Part shown: one piece after another, positions 20,301-32,300 of the stretch
Numbering within the stretch: the first letter of the stretch is position 1
How the letters are laid out: the number at the start of each line of letters is the position of its first letter
NCBI GenBank assembly: GCA_977030845.1
Contig: OZ365111.1
Location: forward strand, 12,152,001 to 12,216,000
DNA from: Fimbriosthenelais zetlandica
Lineage: Eukaryota
Direction of reading: 5' to 3'
DNA: 64,000 bases
The notes under the pieces: model-generated
Seen by the model: only the letters and a program-made list of their open reading frames with translations
Told to the model about the DNA's origin: nothing
Databases searched by the model: none
Made by a program: the position numbers and the translations under genes

Positions 20301-23300
20301 CCCGATTCTGACAAGTTTTATTTCTCGAAATTGTAAGAAAGATTATTTATCTTCATTAAGGATAATTAATTATCTTTTTTCATAATCATGAAGTTTTTTG
20401 GAATCATGAATTTTTGACGTGGGCGGTATGGTTCATGTGAAATGCTTTGCGGTATATCAGGAATGGAAACATGACACTTTGCCCTTGATATTATTCCCCG
20501 GTGAGATTTGTTCCACCAACCCCCCCCCCCCCCCCCCCCCACCCCCACCCCACACCAACCCCCACTGTCAGTAATTAGCGGGCATAATTAACGTCTGGTT
20601 AAGATCCAAGCCACACAACATGACTGGGGGCTCTATAACATAGGGATTAAGACTAGAGAGGTCAGTTACAGTGTAAAAACTGTGAGTCAAGTACTGTTAT
20701 AGATCAATGCATGCTATACCAGCCATTACAAGCTATTGAGATGAAGCTTGGGTTTCACAGATTATCTTTAAAACTTGCGACCTTCCACAGAGTAAAGATC
20801 CCATGGGGATCAGTCTTTAAATAAAAATAACTGTTGATATTTTGAATTATAAGATGCAGCTGAGAAAATGCCAAGGAATCTTGTATTGTTTTAAAGGCCA
20901 ACTTATCTGACTTTACTTGACTATATTTGGCACATCTATTGTTAATCTAGCATGCTTCGTATAGCTCCTATCACTTTTGGTGTCAGGCCAAATTGACTTA
21001 GATTCGTCTCCATGGAAACTCTCATATATTTCTTAGGAGGGATTTGTTCCATAATCGTGACATCATGCTATGCGCCGCTATTGATTCGACTAAAGATTAA
21101 ATTTACAATTAATGGGAGAAGCACATGCTATTAATAAATGTTTGTTCTTTGAAGCTTTATTTACGTGTCAAGGGTTTGTGGTCAGATTTAGCTAATCCCA
21201 TGAAGTATTTGTATCTGAAATTAACACTGGAAATTAATGGTACGCATATATGATAATCCTATGAAATGTTTTATGATGTGTGATTGGTAGTTCGACCTTT
21301 GCCATTGTTTGTTGGTACCTGTCATAACAAGACAACAGTGCCTTAATATAATGTGTACTTGGTATTAGATTAGCTTAGCACTTGCCAGCATAAAAATAAT
21401 ACCACAGTGGATAGAATGAATTAATTTCTTCCTCCTTTGGATGGGAAGCCCAATGTTCTTGTCTCTTTGGTTAATTGCACGAGTCCCACAAACGTCCCTC
21501 TCTAAATGTAAACTTTGGTTTCATTCCGGCACATTGGAGTGCTTTAATGCCCCAGCCCTTCCGACCCACAGTGGTATTTTATGTTCTGACCCGGATGATC
21601 CCTGCACTTCAAACCTTTTAACCGGGTTTTAAATACCTGAATTGAACGAGTGGGAATTCCTTCCTTTATTTCATTCCAAGGCAGACTCTTGCAATTTTTC
21701 CCCCAACTTAAGTTAGTCTCTGCTTAATACACATTGGCATTGGTGGGATCAAGTGAGGATCACGGATCAATAGGTTTAATCCCCTTTGTTTATCTTGTGA
21801 TATATGGTTCCATTACCTATACTTAAATTAGCCTGTCTCCTTGTGCTTTGACCTATTATTGGTGGTTTGCATAATAATCTAAAGCTCTGGCATTTGACCA
21901 CTTATAGCCATTCTTGCTTGGGCATGTCTTATACTTATGATCACATTAATTATTTTCTTATGGCATATATCTGCCATGTATTGGTCCATTAATCCTCCGC
22001 GATCCAGGATTGACCTTAACATTAGCTGGGCATACCTATACATTATTATGTACATATATCTTAGATGGTGCACATGTTTTAGCCTTTGGCTCCGGATTAC
22101 GAACTATGACTTAACAAGATGAAAGTGAAGATATTAATTAGCTTTAAAACTCCATTTACATTTTCTTTAAGCCTATTGCCCATAGTGTTTGTCTAACTAA
22201 TTACTTGCACTGGGATTAGGAAATTCAGGTTTCATCCTTGAAGGCATTGGAGACTTAGGGAATGTAAGTCAGAAAGAGGTACTATATTTCTCAATTTCGC
22301 ATAATACTATTTGCTTAGATCAAAGATAAATGCCTTCATGGGATGCAGTTGTGTTTTTGTTGTGGGAAAAAATGTCGACCGGAGGGAATGTAGACTGGAG
22401 GATATGATAGTCTGCTGGAGTGATGTGACAGTGTGGGTATTTACGGGATTATCTGTCATTGATCAGCACTCTCGATCATCCATCATAATTCACCAGATCA
22501 GTATATATCACTGTGACTGGGTCAAAGTCATAGTAGCTCATCATCTCCTATATTATACCAGCATCACAGAGCTGCTCATTATCTGCTCGGCCTCTGCGCT
22601 ATTCAACTCAAATGACCATCGATGGTCACTCAACCTAGAAACCAAGCATTTGCGACCTCTTTTAATGATATATCTGATTAGTAATAAAATGTGGGGGCAT
22701 GATATAAGATAGAAGATATATTATACTTTGACAGTTACTTAATATTCTGAGGATTAATCTTTATGAATGTAGAGTTATTTCAATCAATTGTTATGTTATT
22801 ATTCAAAGAAATTTTGATAAAATAAGTATAGCTTGATCAGTATAGCAGAGATAGCAGAGGTCAATGAGTTCACGCCCCCGTTTTATGCCCGGTAGGAATC
22901 TCATCCAGTGCCATGCTTTGAATTGACAGATCGCCTGACCATGTCATTCTCTATTCTTGGCTGACCGTGCCAGAGTGAGATGCTATTTGGTGCTTGCCCT
23001 GCCCGCGGCCACTCAGCCCAGAACTTCTAAAGTCCACTTCCATTGAAATCCAATCGATGGCTTAGTACGAGTTTTGATTTGAGATTTTCAGTTGTTAATG
23101 GTGTAATGGCCTCAGGCTTTATCAGATGTATGTACAGCGTGTTTTGATCAAAGCACCATTAAATAACAGTTACTCACTCCTCTTCATTTCAATTTCCCAC
23201 CGCTTCCCAAATCATACAACAGTCTCAACTGTTTTTAACTTTAAGGGGACATCTCAAATCTTCGCAGGTATTTTCTAAATTTAAGTCCCTTAAAAGTAAT

Positions 23301-26300
23301 AAAACAGTTGTTCGTCTGAGGCCCAAGTGCTTTAATTTTTGAAAAACAGTTGCATGGATAACCGTGATTTTAGCCTGTTTTTCACACTACATGTATTATG
23401 ATAGGGGGTGGAGTGGTGGTCTGGCTCCAAATTAAAGGATTAATTTTATTTAAACAAACTTTTGGTAAAGACGTTTTTGGCATGGCCCTTATTAAATCAG
23501 ACAAGACAAATATAAGACTTAGAGGGGATCTTGATATTGAAATATTGATATCATTTTCCTGTCCATTGTTGATGAGAATTTTTGGAGTAGTGAAGACGGT
23601 CGCCTTGATCACGGTCCGTGTTTTAACTGTTAAGTGTCTCCTTTGAAGTTTGAAAAGTCTGTGATCAGCGCAGCAAGTCGGCTGTGAATGTATACAATCA
23701 AACCCCAAAGCCCCCAGACATTGTAATTATAGGTCTTTGAGTCATCTTTTAAACCTGACAGTTTTCCCATAGCTTAAACAGATATAAACACAGTTTAAAA
23801 CTTTCAATGCACCAATCATTGGTTTTTTCTCTATAAAATCCTTTGATTTTCATGATAAATATTCAGATCCTCCTTTTCCCCCTTTGGCTATTCCCCCGAC
23901 TGTTTGACATTCCATTGAATCGATCTTTTGGAAGGGAAAAAGTTTTTCCCCAAATTATTGCATGATTGTGGGCGATATGTCAAATTAAGGCACCAGTGAG
24001 TTTGATTAGTTTGGTGCTCGCCAAGTTGTAAAATGCATCATGTGGGTTCTATAGATATCCCGTGGGAGAAAATCGGTGGGGGAAGACATCCATCAGTTAA
24101 AGATCAGTTATAGTCTGTGACTCCTTCATTTCAATGCAGCGCATCAAAGAGATGCGCATAAAGACAATGGCATTAAACTAGACTCAGAGGGTTGGCACAA
24201 AGTATATTATTTATTTTTTCCAAAGGAATATGGAACTTTTTGACGTAGTCCATACCCCTATGGGTAGCTCTTTCTGAGTGAGGCAAGATGCTCCTGTCTT
24301 GTCTGTGTTTCCCTTTTCAACACACATCTGAAGTAGGGACCTAACATCAGTGAGATATCTAATCTTGTTTTGCTTGTCACCCATCGCCCTCCGGGCAAAA
24401 TCAAATATTTTGAAATATGAGTCTCATATCAACAATGTTTGCTGTGTCTGGTTTATAGACAGTCTTTCCTTAGTCTTTGTTCATCTTGATTTTGAGCATT
24501 TTGCCTTATGATATTTCCTTACCCATAATATTACACTCATAAAAATGCCTGTCAAAATTGCGAACCTGTTCATGCTGCATGCATTGCACCAATATACCAA
24601 GGTCCCGTACCTTCCTTTGTGGCCTGCCAGAATGATTGCATGTATCACCTGCGACTGACCCCTCTTCAAGCTTGACCTTACTGATGCTCTCTTGGCTACA
24701 CCTCTGCACCCAATGTTATGAATGAGTCAATCTGTCACAGGCTTTAACTGAAGCTGATCTAATAGGTATAATGGAATGAGAGAAAGTACTGGATGAACTG
24801 CCGCCCTAATTCACTTTATTAAGGCTTTGCTGGTTATTGTTTTACAAGGCTGCATTGTGGACATAATATGCTCGAAATTATGATGCTGGTATTGGGCTTT
24901 TTGGTCGATGAATTACTTTCTCTATGGTAGAATGATCATGGATGTTTTTTGACATCATTTTCAAGCATAGATTCATCTGTTCTATAAATGAACTGTCCAC
25001 TATTCCAAATTTTGATAGATTTTTTAGATTTCTAAATGTATTCTGAATGATCGGAGACGGGGCTAAGAATATAATATTTAATCAGATAATGACACATAAT
25101 CTGCCCTGCTAACTTACCCCTATTTCATGGACCCTTTATTACCCCCTATAATTGTGACCATAAACCAGACCTATACCCCCCACCCCCTCAGACAATACCC
25201 CCACTACTAAGTAGATCGATAACCAATCAATATTCCCTGATCTGCCATGAGATGGCCAGTCTATATACATTGAACCCACGAAAAAGCGTTCCATTGACCT
25301 ATCATGGGCAGGTACCTTTATTGTCCAGAACCTTTGTCATGTCTGGAATTAAGCGCATCAGATCAATTGTATGCCGACATGATCAGTAGCGTGCTATGGG
25401 AGCTGGTGTGAAGATTTAAAGCATGTTGTTTTAGCATGTAGTCCCTATCAACTCCCCCTGAAATTTTAAAGGAATGTTTGAAATCAATTATTCCGAGCCT
25501 ATCGCCTGTACATTTCAGTTGTCGGTGTACTATCTGTGATGTTGGGATCAAATGTTCCATGAGTTGCACGAATGGAATTTGACAATCACTGTGTGTGAAG
25601 TCGTAGCTATAAAGGTAGCAGGAATACTGACTACGGTCTGCCTATAGACTGTCCATTTATGCAGTTGTTTCAGAATGTTACCACCAATGTTACCGCGATT
25701 CAAAGCACGTCCTCACCATTACCGTGACACCATGTGGCTGGGGCAAAGAAAAAATAAAAAGCATTGTGGTTGCAGGTATGGCAAACCTGTATGGCCTGGC
25801 CACAACTGTTTTGTCTCTGTCCACTTCCATCCGGTCAGAAAGACGGTATTCTTTAGAAGTTTCCCAACCAGACCACCCAGCTTTTTATTCAAAAAGGCCG
25901 AGTTGTAAACTATACGATTAATCTTTTTAATGCGATACTCCCCAAGCCAAGGGTTCTGGTCAAAGTACTATGTGCTGACTTCAGATTATAGAATCGTAGC
26001 CAAACAGTGGCAGCCAAGCTTCTATTGAAAATAATTGCTTCAGTTTCGTCATTGCCAAGGACAAAATTGAGAATACAGAGCTATAATTTTGAAAATTAAA
26101 TCCAGATTCTTCTCCCACTCAATATTACTCTGTAGGCGGCACTTTCTCACAACATGTGCCACCGAGATAGGATTTTAAGGCTCTCTCAAAAACCCTTGAT
26201 ATCTTATATTAGATCATTAGCAATAACGTTCAAATTATATTACCATGTAGAAAGTCGTCTTAGGAGATAGTCAAGACAAATTGACAGGGTTTCTCCGAAT

Positions 26301-29300
26301 TTTTATATCAGAAAACCTATAGTCTTTACAAAAAATCATATAAAATTACACTGCCGAACTGTGACATAATCTGAGGTAGCCGATTTCAAACTTGTCTCAA
26401 ACAATGGTTTGGGCCTATACAGCAATCACATATAATAATATGGAATGCTAATGTCTTGCTTAGTCCTTTTATGTTTTATTTTGGTCATAAAAATACAAAA
26501 AGACCATTAATTTGACAAATATCTAAATGCGTGTCACTTATGTAACATGTCGTTCCACTCATGTTACGTAAGTGACAAACCATGATATTGCAGTAATTAT
26601 GGTTCATAATGAATCAATGTTTATGAAAATGTTTTAATAAATGTTAAATGTACACATTTAACATATAATATATACAATAAATGCATTGTTTATCGAAGAA
26701 AAATGCACTATTTTGTATGTCTCTCCACTTGAATAATGTTACGTAAGTGACAATTGGGCACTACTTTTAAAGGATTTTTCCCTGTAAGAAAGCTTCTGAT
26801 TGGCCCATCCCTTAGTCAGATGATCAAAATTGAGCCACTCTTGAAGCCTGAGACAAATTCAAACTCAAAGCAAGATGGAGAATCTTACAAGAAGGGTGAG
26901 CATGTCTGTCTCTCCACATTTGCTCGAAAGTTACGTAAGTGACGCCTAAAAGAGATAGTCGATTTATAGCAAAATAACTGGTATATATAAACGGCTTTAA
27001 AATCTATATCAATAAAAGGTAACATTTGACCGTGTATATAGATTAATTGAAGATGTATGTAGGATTTCAAAGCTTTTACGATGCTAAATGTTCTGTCACT
27101 TACGAACATGGACATTTTTCACTGAAAGTGGTATTGTCACTTGTGTAACTTGGACATAAATTTACTTCCCGTCAATCTGTCACTTATGTAACTTGGACAT
27201 AATTTTATTTCCTTCAAATTGTCACTTATGTAACCTGGACATTATTTTATTTCCAACTCCCTGTCACTTACATAACATTGACAGTTTGTCAAATTATGAA
27301 AGATTAAAACTAGGCCCTATGTGTGTGATGCTTAGTAGCCCAAATTACAGGATATATCATATAAATAAGGTGTCATACTAATATTATCAATTTGGAATAT
27401 TATAAATAGATATTGTATTATACATGTAAATCTAAGTTAATTTATGTTTAGGCCTAAATGATAAATTCTAAACTAATATTAATTAGTTATAAAAATATCA
27501 GTCATTAGTTGCAGAATTAGGTAGTATTAAAAAATAAATATGTCATCATCTATGATAACACATGAAAGTTGTGGTTTTTGTTTATAAATCATCAGTATAT
27601 AGGGAAAGAATTTAAGTAATTTAAATTGATATTGATTATACAAGAAGAGTGTGTCCGAATGTGTCACTTACATAACATGGACAGTCCATTACTTGTCACT
27701 TACATAACATTGACAGATTTTTCTATGTCACTTACATAACATTGACAAAATAACCATGGTCACTTATGTAACATTGACGAAATAACTAATGTCACTTACG
27801 TAACATTGACAAGGAAGCCAACAATCTTAAAAAGCTTTTTAACATGATATAAAACGAAAATAATTTAATTTTTTGATTGTGATTTTCATTATTTTATGTT
27901 TTAAAAGTATTTAGTAGACATTTCTGGTCTAAAATACCTAAAATACCCGTAAAAGTTATGTCTGGCCTCTATGTCACACTCGGGGGGCACATGTTGAGAG
28001 AAAGAGCCAGGCCTATTTGTATTTTTTTCCGTTTATATATTCCCTGGTATATTTTCAAATCTTCATCAGTTCCCTCCTGCTCTGGGTTATGTTCCATTCC
28101 GGTGTTCCATATTGTGACGTTACTATTTATAGTTTGCTTCACTTGTACTTGTGAATGGCCCACCTCATCAAATTATGACAGACCACGAACATAGACTCAT
28201 AGCATGCACAACTTCCCTACTCAGCCAGCCTCTCACGTTTTGTACTTCATGCATAATTAAAACCACCCCATAAAAACTGTCCACATTTTATTTTAAAAAA
28301 ATCATTTATGTTCATCTTCATTCATGATAATAATTGGCCTGTAGCATTCGCCTGAAGGGCTTATGTCGACCGTGCCCTCTAGCTTGGTGCAGCGTGGAAG
28401 TATACTTTTTACAAAAAATGCTTAAGTTATTGTCAGTGACCATTTTAAGTATTCCCTCGTTCATTTAACCTATTATTGTCAGTTTTTGACAGAATTAGAT
28501 GTTTGATTTGGTCATGTTGTAATTGACACGTGTTTTTCCTTTCTCTCTTGGAATTTATAGTACTGGTGCGTAATAAATGAATTATGTAGATTAGATATTT
28601 GGTCTGAAGTGGACTGGTGGAAAGAAATGTCACCACCTTTCAATGCATTCTAGGGAAGGTGGAAACTTTCATTTCTAAATTTTATTTTTACTAAATTGAA
28701 GTGCCTTTTTTAGTTGTGCTTTGCTCATTTCTAACCTTTCCCAACTACTATAACTATTGATTTCAGTATAATTTACATATATACAGATATATCTATGCAA
28801 TCTCAAACATATCCAATTTTTCTACCCAGCGATAGAAATAGGCGATAAAATGTTCACGTGTATAGTGACTATAGTGTAGTTTACGCAGCCGTCGCGTGTC
28901 ATAGCGGGGTTCATCTCCATGCTTCATTGATAAGTGGAGACTAGCAGCAGTAGCAGCTGTTCCCATCACCACCTCTCTACCTTCCTCACATGCCTTTGTT
29001 TGCTCCAGACTTCTGCCTCACCTGGCTCACCTTTCGTTCCCTCTTAACCATAAATGGGCGAAAATAAAGAGCATAATGTAACCGCACATCAAGGAAAGGC
29101 TAGTGTTACGCTGTGTTACTTACCATAGGAAACGTCTTAGATATCATTTCATTGAAAGTTCTTTTGATCGATTTCTGAGTATTCTATGGTGTTAGATTAT
29201 ACCACATATATATCGTATTTGCCGGAGTATAAACCGCACCGAAAACCGCTGTTTTGCATAGAAATCCATATACAAATTGCACTAATAGTCTAATTTGCAA

Positions 29301-32300
29301 TGCACATACATGTATCTGATTGCTGCGTTGATTGGGGTTGATGAGAATCAGAGTGCCATAGTGGAGATTGTCATAATCATAAATGAAGCGCCATATTACA
29401 CTGGCCAGGAATAATACGTGTCAATCTATTTATGACAGTAATTAATTCACTCTTTGTAGTCACAATAAAAAGTGATAAAGCTGCCACATTCCTGACCCAC
29501 ATAGCGATAATTATATTTAATAACAATTCCTGATTTCACAGTGACGTAATTATTGATAATTACATAATAAGGTCCCCGGGGGTCAGGCAGAGGGTTGGGT
29601 TTCAAATCATTAACCTATTATCAGAGGGAGCTGGTCTATATGAGTATCAGCTCGATCGGGTACGATCAGGATTTCTCCCATCTCCTTTGGTTAATGTCAT
29701 TGGCATGTGATCAGCATAATGCCAACTGCATAAGCTTCCAATGGTCAAACTGAGGTCGATTATCCATGTATTGATTATGCTTAGAGCTAATGATACAAGA
29801 ATGCATTAGATATTTTACTCCAGATTTCACTCTTTTTGCGTTTTAAAATGGTAATTTATGCGGCAAAAATTAAATTCTGAGAGACGCATCACATACATTG
29901 TAATTCAAGGGTAGGCTGACTTTGGGTTTAGTTGATTTGTTGTTTTTCCAGTATTGATTTTTACCTCACTGTAATGATGGATATGATAGGCACAGCAGGG
30001 CAGCGCTTATTGCATTTCAATCATTCCATCCCAACGTGCGAAACATACACTTTCAGGATCGATAACCCTTGGCTGTTTATTATTCCAATTCCAAACCCCT
30101 ATATCTGTCCTAGAAAACATATTCTCCAGAAGTTAGAAAATTCAGGGAAACCCTTAGTTTTAGGGGCTTTGAGTTTGACTAAAAATGGACGATTCTTTGG
30201 GTTTAATAGTTTATTGGATTAAATTTAATTGGATTACTATGTAAAGCTGTGGTATATCACTGCGGGCTATCCAGGCCACCACTGAGTAGCAATTAGCCTG
30301 ATTAAGTAATCGATATGGAACAATCAATGATTAATCCAAGTCTGATCAGGGATCCAGTAAAAGGCCTGTAACGTGGGGGGCTGCCAAGGAAGGGGTTTTT
30401 ATAATGGATTAGTCTGTCAACAACATTAAGATCTGACCTCAGATCCCCTGTCTTGACCCGCGTATTTTAAATGCTCATCAAAAGGCAAAACGTTTCTGAC
30501 ATTTCACTCGGGAAGAAAACTCCATTTTCGGAATAAATAATAGAATTATATGCTTCACAATTTCGATGGCTAGTGTGTTGAGAGACTGATATTTTACCAT
30601 CCCATCAAACGACTCCAATATTCCAAAGGTTTTGGCAGGCTTTATTTTATGAAATGTGGTAGACCCATTGGTCTAATCCTATATGATAGTCTATGATGGG
30701 ATCAGTTTTTCCTACTCCATGATATGATGGGCATGTAATAGTACTCTAGATAGTGATTGGCGATTGCTTCATTTTGTACAGAGGAAAAATCTGGTCTCCA
30801 GTTCCTCTCCCGAACCGTACATGCAGATGAACACTACCCATACTGTAACGTATAATGCAGTACCTGTATGAGCATCAGTATCTCTAAAAGTCATTATATT
30901 AGTAATTAATAAATTCGCGACAATTATGCGCCTTGCATATCTAATTCTAACTTTATCATAGTATCTTGTGTATGTTGTTACATAAGTCTGCGAACCAAAA
31001 CCAAAAAAAAATTCTTTCAATTTTTCAAAGAAACATTCATTCAGACAAGATCACAGTTTTTCGGGGGTGGCTAAGATCAGTTTTGGTATCTATAATTGCA
31101 TACTTGTCATAAACATGGCATAGAATTCACCTGCACTACTGACCGTCTGTTACAGCATTATGAGTTCAGAGGTTACAAGTCTGGCGCCTGTTTGTTTATA
31201 TCGCCTCACACCGGCCATCATTTGTCATATTTTAGCTGACTGACCAGCCCTTCCTCCACACAAACTGTGATTTTCTGCTCAGAAAGCTACATCTGTTCAC
31301 ATTATGAGAGCAAATGTTTGGCAAAGCTACACCAATATCTGGAGACTATCTCAACCAAGCACCCATCTGTCATGTACATTTTATGATAAACCAACATATT
31401 ATTATTAATAAGTATCATAGAAATCCTCAGCGAGAAATTCCTGTGAATGATATGCATATATATCAGCTAAAATATATGTAGAAAATAAATAATTGAAACT
31501 ATGCTGCTTCAGTGCATTGAATGAGGTTGATTGAGTGCATTGTCACGAAGAAAGCCAGCAGCGAAACATGCTTTTCCGAATAACTACCAACTATCCCATC
31601 CCCATAATGGACATCACATTAATGGCATTTTAGCATTGTTCTACCACATTGCCATGGTAATGTTTCAAAGAATTAATTCTCTGAATCCTGTCTGCTGGAC
31701 TCACTGCGAGCTGTAACATGGAATGTTTCCTTGTGAAGTCTGGTTATTGTGCACTATTTATAATGATATATTACTCATTATTAACCTGTTGGACTCGTGG
31801 ATCATCAACAGTACATGTAATGGCATTGTTCATATTTTCACACTGATGTTCTGTCAATTTCCTACTAAAAGTATAAATAGAAGTTTACAACAATATGTAT
31901 GCAAGATATGCATGAAGAACTTAATTGCTTTTAGACATAATAAACTCATATTGAAACTTAGCCTCAGCTCCCATACGCACTTCATGATTGATCCCATTCA
32001 GGGATTAGGTGCTGGTCGCGCCACTTGCTTCCTACCAGGAACATTAGCCTAATGAATGCTTGACCTTCTCTGTCACTATTTTGAAGGCTGTAGGCATCTA
32101 CAGAACGCTTCAAATAGTGTAAAGGCACGTAATATATCTAGTAGATCTATGTAGCCCAGAAGGGACCACAAACAAACTACTAAACATAGTTCTGTTATAA
32201 CAGTTGCTTTCAAATATCGTTTAGAATTCAGGCAAAATAAGTAGATCTTCCTATAATATTGATAGTAGTTTCGACATTAAATTGCATTAAAATTCCCGAC

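Larger units (their letters stand above)
26138..28008. mobile_element. 1.87-kb non-autonomous TIR DNA transposon with 4-bp TSD and internal repeat arrays
   Basis: Left TIR GGCACTTTCTCACAACATGTGCCACCGAG (26138-26166) vs reverse complement of the right TIR GGCTCTTTCTCTCAACATGTGCCCCCCGAG (27979-28008), 26/30 identical. AGGC lies on both flanks (26134-26137, 28009-28012). No transposase ORF. Confidence 0.8.

Noticed and set aside
22311-22712. 133-aa intronic ORF (also 41800-42231, 18603-18923, 49171-49488 and other 60-110-aa ORFs)
   Set aside because: No recognisable domain, no consistent chain of splice sites, non-protein-like composition, and lengths within chance expectation.
24506-24709. VRDLGILV resembling the CR1/L2 reverse-transcriptase C-terminal motif
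   Set aside because: The flanking residues do not continue the RT pattern and no other RT motif is nearby.
27095-27810. CRISPR array (conserved repeat plus variable spacers)
   Set aside because: The context is a eukaryotic intron with no cas genes, the 12-22-bp spacers are too short, and the array lies inside a TIR/TSD-bounded transposon.
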